From a virus: a DNA stretch of 64,000 nt. Position 1 is the stretch's first letter; the number at the start of each line of letters is the position of its first letter. A program made the translations under genes and the position numbers. The notes under the pieces were generated by a model. That model made no database searches. It saw nothing but the letters and a program-made list of their open reading frames with translations, and was not told the DNA's origin. This document shows, piece by piece, positions 7,716-15,383 of the stretch. Location of the stretch: positions 32,001 through 96,000 of IMG/VR virus record IMGVR_UViG_3300045988_121434, one strand, 5' to 3'.

Positions 7716-8202
7716 AAATGTAACAAACCCCATAAAAACAACAGAGACAATGAAACCAGAAGAAAACAACCGTATGGAGGCACTTGCCTACATCATAGCC
7801 GACCTAAAGGCAGAGAACATAGAGCTGGTGCAGCGTGTGCATCAGCTTGTGGAGGATTACAACGACGTAGCACGTCAGTTGCGTGGAATGGAGAAGCGTA
7901 AGGACGAAGACCAGTCAAGGCAGACGCTCGGCGAAATGATGCAGATGCGCGACCATTGCGACAAACTGGAGGTTGAAAACAACAATTTGAAGACGTGCTT
8001 GATAGCAGTCAGCTCGTTTCTGCGAGACAAAAATCTGTATATGGCTAATGGCACATTATGTTCTTATGGGTCTGGCAATCCAGAAGTATGTCCTGAGTAC
8101 TGCAAAAAATGTAACTCCTACCTAAGTACTTTAAAGGATGTTGGTGTGGTTTGCAGCAGAAGACTTGCAGAAGCTTCCGTAATTTTTGCGAAGAGTAAAT
8201 GA
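7708..8202 (+). CDS. hypothetical coiled-coil / Cys-rich protein (164 aa) embedded in the TRD array
   Basis: The ORF starts at a canonical array junction ATG. It has a central heptad-like region and C-terminal CxxxC / CxxC pairs. Confidence 0.5.
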   Translation: MNKNVTNPIKTTETMKPEENNRMEALAYIIADLKAENIELVQRVHQLVEDYNDVARQLRGMEKRKDEDQSRQTLGEMMQMRDHCDKLEVENNNLKTCLIAVSSFLRDKNLYMANGTLCSYGSGNPEVCPEYCKKCNSYLSTLKDVGVVCSRRLAEASVIFAKSK

Positions 8203-8360
8203 CACCAACAAAAACCCTCGTAGTCGGCATGATGCAGACGCCACCCTATGACCGCATGTTTGAGCAGAGCCGCCGCGTGTACTCCGCTCAGGGAATATCG
8301 CCCACGCTGCATACACAAGGGGGGGGTGATAGAGAGATTAAGGTATTGGTGGAGCTGTAA
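8199..8360 (+). CDS. C5-MTase TRD-like micro-ORF B8 (53 aa)
   Basis: MTPTKTLVVGMMQTPPYDRMFEQSRRVYSAQGISPTLHTQGGGDREIKVLVEL. It shows the classic RVYSxxGxSPTL..GGG pattern, with GGG encoded in a G8 tract. Confidence 0.7.
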   Translation: MTPTKTLVVGMMQTPPYDRMFEQSRRVYSAQGISPTLHTQGGGDREIKVLVEL

Positions 8361-8476
8361 GAATGTCCGCTCCATATCGCCGACAACACCTATCTTTGCA
8401 CATATCACTGAACGAATGAGACTAACATCGTTTTCATTTGTTTCGTCTGGTGACAAACAAAAACAACATTTCATCT

Positions 8477-8830
8477 ATGATACAACATCAGCATTGGGAA
8501 GACTCCACTCACATACTCATTACCGACGAGCAGCATCATGGCAGCATACAGGTGTTCATCCCCAAGCGCACCGAAGACAAGCCCTTGGATGGCGAGGCTG
8601 ACGCTCTCGTCTATTCGCTGTGGGTGGGCGAACGGCACCGTGGCCGTGGGGTGGCAAAACTCCTGATGGAGACAGCCGAAAGGGAACTGAAGCGCTGCGG
8701 CATAGCGACCGTCGCTATATCGTGGGATGGACGCGACTCTCCCCAATGGGTGTTGCAATGGTATGAAAGGTTGGGCTACGAAGGAAAAGCGTTCGACTAC
8801 CGCTGCTGCACGCTTCTTAAACGGTTGTAG
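8477..8830 (+). CDS. GNAT-family N-acetyltransferase
   Basis: LWVGERHRGRGVAKLLMETAEREL is GNAT motif A. It is a paralogue of the C-terminal half of 1451..2110. The track ORF starts at 8438. Confidence 0.75.
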   Translation: MIQHQHWEDSTHILITDEQHHGSIQVFIPKRTEDKPLDGEADALVYSLWVGERHRGRGVAKLLMETAERELKRCGIATVAISWDGRDSPQWVLQWYERLGYEGKAFDYRCCTLLKRL

Positions 8831-8998
8831 CCAAACAAAAAAACTCATTCCGAAGGCCAAAGGACCGTACTCAGTGTGTCGCATGTCGCCACTCCGTCCA
8901 ACGTATTTAACGGGCTCTGGTGCAGACGAGCGAGGAGAAGGAAAACTCAACCACTGCACATTTCTTTTTATTAACGGATTTATAGAGAATAACGAACA

Positions 8999-10174
8999 AT
9001 GAGCGACTTAAAGATTTTTGCAAAGACCATTGAACCTGAAGCCCAGGAGCAAGTAAGGCAGATGGCAGAGAGCGAGGCTTACCGCGACTGTAAGATTCGC
9101 ATTATGCCCGATTGCCATGCCGGAAAGGAATGCACCGTAGGCACCGTGATTGAGACCCGCGGCAAAGTGGTGCCCAACACCGTGGGCGTTGACATCGGTT
9201 GCGGTATGCTCGTGTGGGATTTAGGCTTTGCCAACATTGATATGGAGATTCTCGACCGTATCATCAACGACAACATTCCAAGCGGATTCAATGTGCATGA
9301 GAAGCGTTTGTCGTCAGAGATGGTTTCCCTTATGCACAATGAAATATGGTGTTTTTTGCCTCCGTGGAAGCAATATTTTGACCTCGACTATGTACTGCGT
9401 TCGCTCGGCACCCTTGGCGGTGGCAGCCACTTTATTGAGGTTGACGTGGACGACGAAGGACGCAAGTATCTTGTAGTACATTCGGGTAGCCGCAATTTAG
9501 GCGTAAAGATATGCCGACATTTTCAGCAGTTGGCATCAAGACAATGCAACAACAGTGAGGAACGTGGACGTATCATTTCCGAACTGAAAGCTCAGGGCAG
9601 ACAGAGCGAGATAAACGATGCGCTGCGCCGGTTGAAACCCGTTTCTAAAGACATGGCCTACATTAGCGGTACCACGCTTGGCGATTACTATGATGCCATG
9701 CGCTTGTGTCAGCATTATGCCGACTTGAACCGTTTTCTTATGGCGCAAACCATAATCAAAGGTCTTGAACTAAAGTCTACAGGTCGTGTGTTCACCACCA
9801 TGCACAACTACATCGACACCTTCGGCATTATCCGCAAGGGAGCTGTGAGCGCAAAGAAGGGCGAGCCTCTGATTATCCCTCTGAACATGCGCGACGGTTC
9901 GCTGCTGTGTACTGGCAAGGGCAACAACGACTGGCTTCAGTCGGCTCCCCACGGCGCAGGCAGACTAATGTCGCGCTCGGCTGCCAAGAAGCAGCTCAGC
10001 ATGGACGAATACCGCCAACAGATGCACGACATCTACTCTACATCGGTATGCGAGGCCACAATCGACGAAGCTCCAATGGCGTATAAGTCGGCAGAGGAAA
10101 TAGAAGCGTTGATAGGCGACACCGTGAACATCGTGAAGCGCATTAAGCCGATATATAACTTTAAGGCGAAGTAA
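8999..10174 (+). CDS. rtcB: RtcB-family RNA 3'-phosphate ligase
   Basis: The 391-aa protein carries the RtcB metal and GMP-site motifs: MPDCHAGKE, GVDIGCGM, GGGSHFIEV, HSGSRNLG, TMHNYI, APHGAGR. Confidence 0.9.
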   Translation: MSDLKIFAKTIEPEAQEQVRQMAESEAYRDCKIRIMPDCHAGKECTVGTVIETRGKVVPNTVGVDIGCGMLVWDLGFANIDMEILDRIINDNIPSGFNVHEKRLSSEMVSLMHNEIWCFLPPWKQYFDLDYVLRSLGTLGGGSHFIEVDVDDEGRKYLVVHSGSRNLGVKICRHFQQLASRQCNNSEERGRIISELKAQGRQSEINDALRRLKPVSKDMAYISGTTLGDYYDAMRLCQHYADLNRFLMAQTIIKGLELKSTGRVFTTMHNYIDTFGIIRKGAVSAKKGEPLIIPLNMRDGSLLCTGKGNNDWLQSAPHGAGRLMSRSAAKKQLSMDEYRQQMHDIYSTSVCEATIDEAPMAYKSAEEIEALIGDTVNIVKRIKPIYNFKAK

Positions 10175-10213
10175 TAACAAATAATATTATTAACAATTAA
10201 AACAAAAACAATT

Positions 10214-10609
10214 ATGACATCAATTATTTCAGCGTTAATCATCATTCTGCTTATCCTGCTGTTTACAATCTTTGCAGCATGGATTGACAAGTTCGGTGCA
10301 AAGCATAAGGAGGAGTTTATCGACGAGACCATTGAGAAGGTCATCGACAAGGTTTCGACAGTTGCTACATCCAAGATAGCAATGGTGTTGGAGAAGTATA
10401 TGACCGGTCCTTGGTATCTTGTGGTCTATACTGCAGCAGAGGGCCAGCCTATCTGGATCTCGAACAATAATATCCGTTCGGTGCACCCCGATGCTGAGAA
10501 ACGCCGACTCGTTGTGAAGCAATTTAATGGCGAGGACATGGTGATTGAAGACGTGGAGAGTTATGACCTCCAGGCTGCAAACGAAATGGCAGACTTCGAT
10601 TTTATGTAA
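10214..10609 (+). CDS. membrane-anchored hypothetical protein (131 aa)
   Basis: It has an N-terminal TM helix. The GPWYLVVY core is shared with the next ORF. Confidence 0.5.
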   Translation: MTSIISALIIILLILLFTIFAAWIDKFGAKHKEEFIDETIEKVIDKVSTVATSKIAMVLEKYMTGPWYLVVYTAAEGQPIWISNNNIRSVHPDAEKRRLVVKQFNGEDMVIEDVESYDLQAANEMADFDFM

Positions 10610-10667
10610 CGATACGCTCCAACTATAGACTTATGGAACATTCAACTATTGGATTGACTTTTTTATT

Positions 10668-11051
10668 TTGGCCGTGGCGCTTTTTGCTATCACGCACCTC
10701 TATTGCGTGTGCAGAGTTTTCAGAAACAAGCGATCACCGCTTCATCAGCAGCAGTTTGCTTCGCCCACGCCGCCTGCACCATGGAACACAAGAGCCGAGC
10801 AAGACCTAACGGGGAATAATGACCCGTGGTATCTTGTTGTGTATGCCGATGTGAACGAAAGAAACTACACAGTTGTTGCAGCAGAGGATATTCTGGATTT
10901 TCAGTTCAGCGGCAAAAGAGGAGAAATGAGAATCCACTGCAAGAAATACAACGGTTTCCCCGACAACACTATGAACTTTGAAAACATACACCATTATGAG
11001 TTTCAGCAGGCTTCGCAGCTTGGAGATTTTTGTTTAGAAGGAAAGGAATGA
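10668..11051 (+). CDS. paralogue of 10214..10609; start uncertain
   Basis: It shares the DPWYLVVY core. The frame has only a TTG start. An upstream ATG at 10633 would join this frame if the T6 tract at 10659-10664 were T7. Confidence 0.45.
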   Translation: MAVALFAITHLYCVCRVFRNKRSPLHQQQFASPTPPAPWNTRAEQDLTGNNDPWYLVVYADVNERNYTVVAAEDILDFQFSGKRGEMRIHCKKYNGFPDNTMNFENIHHYEFQQASQLGDFCLEGKE

Positions 11052-11261
11052 ATGATGAAACGAGATACAGCGAAACTTCTTCAAAAAGCCAACGAGGTGC
11101 TCACGGTGCTTCAGAAAGATGGAGCGATGCGCCCAGCAGACTATGCCGTGGTGCTCGGACTGGTGGCAAACAAAATCACGGAGGCTTGCGTCAGCTATGG
11201 TGAAGATAGGCAAATGGTGGTGGATGACCTTTGCATGGTCGTGAGGAAAATGTGTAAGTGA
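11052..11261 (+). CDS. hypothetical protein (69 aa)
   Basis: ORF abutting the previous stop. Confidence 0.4.
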   Translation: MMKRDTAKLLQKANEVLTVLQKDGAMRPADYAVVLGLVANKITEACVSYGEDRQMVVDDLCMVVRKMCK

Positions 11262-11313
11262 GAACGATTTTAGGATGAATACAATATAGTATGGATTTAA
11301 GTTTAATAAGTAA

Positions 11314-11357
11314 GAGGGATAGCCGTTGCGATAACGCCTATCCCTCGTTTTTCTTTT
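11314..11357. terminator. hairpin terminator between convergent genes
   Basis: GAGGGATAG (11314-11322) pairs with CTATCCCTC (11338-11346), followed by a T-run. It lies between the plus-strand early block and the minus-strand terminase gene. Confidence 0.6.
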
Positions 11358-11370
11358 CATTGTTCGTTGT

Positions 11371-13365
11371 TTATCTGCCGCTCGGCAGCACAAACCAACC
11401 GCCACCGACACGGAAGAACTTGCAACCTAAGTACAGCGTATCGAAGGCATCCGTGAAGTCGGTACGTTGCTGCAGGGGCAGCGTGTCCTCGCTTTCGGGC
11501 TTCTTCTCCTGACTCTTGTCTTTGTGGAATCCCTTGTACGAAATCTGCACCTCACAGAGCTGCATGGCGATGATAAGGTCGGGGTTGTTCGGCTGGTTGA
11601 TGCGGATGGCAGGGTAGGAGAGGTGAGCCAAGCCGTCGTTGATGATCTTGTGCTTTACCTCGTGCTTCTCAGGAGCGCCCATATCTATGGCCGTCACGTT
11701 CCACCCGTGCTTCTCCAACTCTTCAATCACGGTCATATAGAATCGCTCGTCTGACGAAGCGTAGGATGCTCCCTGCTTTGCCGTAGAATCATAGAAATAC
11801 GTCACGTCGCGGTTGATGGCCCGCTTGGGAGCATAATAATCCGAAAAATCGGCTATCAGTTCGCGCAGCTTTCGCTCGTTCTTCACATAAAAACTCTTGA
11901 TAACGTTCAGACATTCCATGCCGTCACGCTCATACATCTGGCCAACCACCAACGTATTAATATTGGCATTATAGTCGAGGGCTATATATAAAGGAAGGGA
12001 GTTGATGCAGTCGGAATCCTGGCGCGAGTCGTTTCGCTCGCCCAACTCCTTGAAGTCGGGTTGATAACTCTCGCTCGTGACTTTCTTTCCACCGATGATG
12101 CCCGACACCTTTTGCGTGGAAAATTTTGCAGACGATAAGGGGTCTATCTCGTCGGGGATATATCCGTGAACATGATCGATGTCGAGGTTGGAGTAAAAGC
12201 CATCGTTTGACTTCTTTACTTTGACGTTGAGAATTGAAATGGCGAAGGTCATCGGAGGCAAATCGCGGCGCATCTGCCTTATGTAATCCTCACCCAAAAT
12301 GTCCACATTGTCGAGCGATGACGCACGGCGCACACAGAAAGCCACACGGCGCAGTTCACGCAGATAGTTTTCAGAGAATTTCTTTGAGCGCTGGAACATC
12401 TGCATCTCGAAATCCTCTTCCGGCGTAATAAGGTATTCGTAATCGTAAATCAGTTCGGCATCCTCCTGCGGAATGAGTTTATAGTTGACAGCCATCTCCA
12501 CCATGCCTTTCGTGACGTGTTGGCCATGGTTGGGCATAATGCGGAACTGCCCCTCATGCTTCATCATCTTCAGAGCCACGGCACGGATCATCGTGCGCAA
12601 CTCCTTCGGTACCACACGCACCGAGTGACTGTTTTTCTTGGCGTTATACAGCAGGTCGTTGTAGCGTATCACCTTGTTGGCGTAATCTTCCAACTGCTCC
12701 TGCACCCATCGGTAGGTCTTGCCTTTGAATGGACCCGTCTCCACCGTCATGTCCAGTTTCTCCTCCTCCTTCTCCAACCACGAACCTTTGGCAGTGAGCG
12801 AGGCATCCGAGAGGAAGCGTGTACTTTTGTACATTGGGTTGTGGTCGGAGAAGTTGATGTCGCCCAAGGGGTGCGTCTGTCCTGAAAGCGCCGGCATCAA
12901 CTCGTCGGTCACTTTCTTGTAAGGAAAGAATCTCGCCTCGTCGCCCACCATGGCCGAGAAGGTGTAAGAGTTGGCAGAGGCGGTCTGCGAGAGGGAGATA
13001 AGCACCCATCCCGCACCATTCGCCAACCAGATGTAGTTGTCGTAGTTCTTGGGTTTGAAGATACTCTCGCGAGCGTGCTTCGGTGGTCGTCCCCAACCGA
13101 AGTGAATGCCCTGCGTAAAGCCGAACATTCGCTCCATGGCCGCCATCGTACTCGGTATGGTCTTGCCGAAGCCCTGCTGGCGCGACACTGCCACCCATGC
13201 GCCGAGCATACCAGGCATGGAGTTGCTTGCCGTCCATACGTAAGGAGCCACCAATCCGTCGGTCTTACCCACACGGCGGGCAGCAATCACTCGCTCATCC
13301 TTGGCTCCCATGTATAGCGACTGCTGCTGGAATTTAGTTAAGTAAATGTTATGTGCTTGCTGCAT
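11371..13365 (-). CDS. terL: terminase large subunit
   Basis: 664 aa with a Walker A-like motif (AARRVGKTDG), a Walker B-like motif (FSAMVGDEA) and a C-terminal nuclease-sized domain. Confidence 0.8.
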   Translation of the reverse strand: MQQAHNIYLTKFQQQSLYMGAKDERVIAARRVGKTDGLVAPYVWTASNSMPGMLGAWVAVSRQQGFGKTIPSTMAAMERMFGFTQGIHFGWGRPPKHARESIFKPKNYDNYIWLANGAGWVLISLSQTASANSYTFSAMVGDEARFFPYKKVTDELMPALSGQTHPLGDINFSDHNPMYKSTRFLSDASLTAKGSWLEKEEEKLDMTVETGPFKGKTYRWVQEQLEDYANKVIRYNDLLYNAKKNSHSVRVVPKELRTMIRAVALKMMKHEGQFRIMPNHGQHVTKGMVEMAVNYKLIPQEDAELIYDYEYLITPEEDFEMQMFQRSKKFSENYLRELRRVAFCVRRASSLDNVDILGEDYIRQMRRDLPPMTFAISILNVKVKKSNDGFYSNLDIDHVHGYIPDEIDPLSSAKFSTQKVSGIIGGKKVTSESYQPDFKELGERNDSRQDSDCINSLPLYIALDYNANINTLVVGQMYERDGMECLNVIKSFYVKNERKLRELIADFSDYYAPKRAINRDVTYFYDSTAKQGASYASSDERFYMTVIEELEKHGWNVTAIDMGAPEKHEVKHKIINDGLAHLSYPAIRINQPNNPDLIIAMQLCEVQISYKGFHKDKSQEKKPESEDTLPLQQRTDFTDAFDTLYLGCKFFRVGGGWFVLPSGR

Positions 13366-13395
13366 TGTTGTTATCCTGATTTTGTGTTGTGTTCC

Positions 13396-13626
13396 TTATT
13401 CGCTGTGCGTCTTATGTCCTACATGCCATTTCTGGCACGTTCTGCACCGGTACACTGTCATGCCCTGCGCCAGTAGCTTCGGGTTCTGGTTGAGATATTC
13501 CCAAGCATCATCCTCGGTCTCGTAGGCCTCCTTCGCCTTCCACGAGTGCTGCTTGCGTGTGTAATGTTCGGGGTCCGGCTTGAACGGCGGCACCTTGTTG
13601 AAGTATTTGTGTCGGTTGTTACTCAT
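13396..13626 (-). CDS. small zinc-ribbon-like protein (76 aa)
   Basis: It carries CRTCQKWHVGH at the C-terminus and lies directly upstream of terL. Confidence 0.45.
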   Translation of the reverse strand: MSNNRHKYFNKVPPFKPDPEHYTRKQHSWKAKEAYETEDDAWEYLNQNPKLLAQGMTVYRCRTCQKWHVGHKTHSE

Positions 13627-13649
13627 GTGTTGTTTTTGTGTTGATTATA

Positions 13650-14423
13650 TTAAAATAGAGAGAGTTGTGCCTGCTCCAACTTGATGCGCTTGCAAGCCTT
13701 GTTGTAATACTCCTTATTGAGCTCGAAGCCGATGAAATTGCGTTTCTCTTTTATACAAGCAATGGCAGTGGTGCCGCTGCCCATGCAGTTGTCTAATATG
13801 GTGTCACCCTCGTTGGAATAGGTACGGATGAGGTACTGAATAAGAGCGACTGGCTTTTGTGTGGGGTGGAAGGTGTCGGCTGAATGTTCCTTATCGAAGC
13901 AGATAATGCTCTTTGGAAATTTTTCGTCTGATACGATAGTAGGCACTTCTTTATGGTCGCCGTAACACCCCCGCTTCAAACTATGAGAACCATCACCCTT
14001 GTGATGGTTTCGTTTATGTGGCGCACATTTTACCATCTGAGGGTTGTAGATAGGTTGCTTCCGATAGAATACTGCAATATCCTCATGCGAGCGCAGAGGC
14101 ATCTTGTTGACATTCAAAAAGCCCGTTGCTCTGTTTTTGCTCCAAATAAGATTATATTTCCAAAGTTTCGGCTGCGACACCATAAGTTGTGCAGTGAACA
14201 TACCTTGACAGAAAAGAATAATCGCTGCATTGTTTTTTGCTATGCGTAGATATTCTTTCCATAATGACTCAAGCGGAATAATGCTATCCCATTTCCCTCC
14301 TTCACTCTGTTTGTTGAGAACACCATACGGCAAATCGCACACGATGCAATCCACGCTCCCGTCTGGAATCCTTTTCATCCCTTCCAGACAGTCTTCGTTA
14401 TATATCTTATTCAGTTCTACCAT
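13650..14423 (-). CDS. DNA methyltransferase, beta-class (N6-adenine or N4-cytosine)
   Basis: Motif IV (DCIVCDLPYG) precedes the SAM motif I (ILDNCMGSGTTAIAC). Confidence 0.85.
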   Translation of the reverse strand: MVELNKIYNEDCLEGMKRIPDGSVDCIVCDLPYGVLNKQSEGGKWDSIIPLESLWKEYLRIAKNNAAIILFCQGMFTAQLMVSQPKLWKYNLIWSKNRATGFLNVNKMPLRSHEDIAVFYRKQPIYNPQMVKCAPHKRNHHKGDGSHSLKRGCYGDHKEVPTIVSDEKFPKSIICFDKEHSADTFHPTQKPVALIQYLIRTYSNEGDTILDNCMGSGTTAIACIKEKRNFIGFELNKEYYNKACKRIKLEQAQLSLF

Positions 14424-14445
14424 GCTTTGTTATTTTGTAAATCTA

Positions 14446-15054
14446 TCAGTTAAACCATTTTATAGCTGTTTCGCCCTTATACCCTTTCTTCCATACGAAC
14501 CATGCGTATGCCGCTGCGCTGCCAACAATAGCATTGAAATCTCCGTTGGGAGCACATTTCAGTCGTGACGAACTTACCCAAACACGAATGGGGGGAGTAG
14601 AACGGAAGAGAGCGCGTCGCGCCTTGCCTTCAAGGAAAGTCAGTTTCAGGAACATCGCCACCTTCTTTCCTTCGGGAATGATGCTCAGAGCCTTCTCCAC
14701 AAACTGCTGCGCATACTTGTAGGGCGGATTGGTCACGATGTTTCCGTCCCACGCCAAGTTGTCTATTGCGAGAAAGTCGGCCACCTCGCCGTAACCTCTA
14801 TCCACAAGGTCGCGGCTCACCACCTCATACCCCGCCTTTTTCAGCACCTCGCTCATGTGCCCCTCGCCACACGAAGGTTCCAATATCCTGCCTTCAAACC
14901 GCTCCAGCTTGCACAGCCATTCCGTCGCTTTCGGCTCTGTAGCGTAATAATCCTCACGCTGCCTATCCGCATCCGTATGGTTGCTTGCGCCCAACGTCTT
15001 GAACACAGCGGCCGAACCGCCTACCCAGTCCTTTCTTTTTATGTTGTTATTCAT
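14446..15054 (-). CDS. DNA N6-adenine methyltransferase, gamma-class-like (202 aa)
   Basis: Motif I (ILEPSCGEGH) is followed by motif IV (IVTNPPY). Confidence 0.75.
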   Translation of the reverse strand: MNNNIKRKDWVGGSAAVFKTLGASNHTDADRQREDYYATEPKATEWLCKLERFEGRILEPSCGEGHMSEVLKKAGYEVVSRDLVDRGYGEVADFLAIDNLAWDGNIVTNPPYKYAQQFVEKALSIIPEGKKVAMFLKLTFLEGKARRALFRSTPPIRVWVSSSRLKCAPNGDFNAIVGSAAAYAWFVWKKGYKGETAIKWFN

Positions 15055-15095
15055 GTTGTGTAGAGTTTTTGTTGCTTATAATGAAAGTTCCAGTC

Positions 15096-15377
15096 TTAGA
15101 AGAATTTTGCGGGCTGACATTCATCGATTAACTTGCGTGTTTCTTCAGCACAAGCAGCCACGCATTTTTCTACTGCTTCTGTGATGTCTTTGATTTGATC
15201 CTCACGCATATTGTTGTATTTATCACAAGTGTCCTCTATTATTTGGTAGAGAGTCTGTTTTTGTAAAGCCTCCATATAGTCCACATACTCCTTGCACGTC
15301 TTGCGCCCTGGCTCCTTTACCCAATCGATGAAGTCCTTCTTCCTGTCCTTCCATGTCTTGATTTTTATTGTTATCAT
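15096..15377 (-). CDS. hypothetical protein (93 aa)
   Basis: ORF within the minus-strand operon. Confidence 0.45.
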   Translation of the reverse strand: MITIKIKTWKDRKKDFIDWVKEPGRKTCKEYVDYMEALQKQTLYQIIEDTCDKYNNMREDQIKDITEAVEKCVAACAEETRKLIDECQPAKFF

Positions 15378-15383
15378 TGTCGC

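Noticed and set aside
3964-8360. Reading the whole MTase locus as one long multispecific polypeptide by stop-codon reassignment or readthrough.
   Set aside because: The boundaries use all three stop codons (TAA, TGA and one TAG). In addition, the frame moves +1 at every junction, so no single reassignment can join the modules. Each junction instead carries its own ATG.
8831-8998. A possible Y-RNA-like or tRNA-like element in the 168-nt spacer upstream of rtcB.
   Set aside because: Only a GTGCAG/CTGCAC hairpin followed by a T-run is visible, which is probably the terminator of the GNAT gene. I could see no T-arm or anticodon-arm features. A covariance-model scan would be needed.
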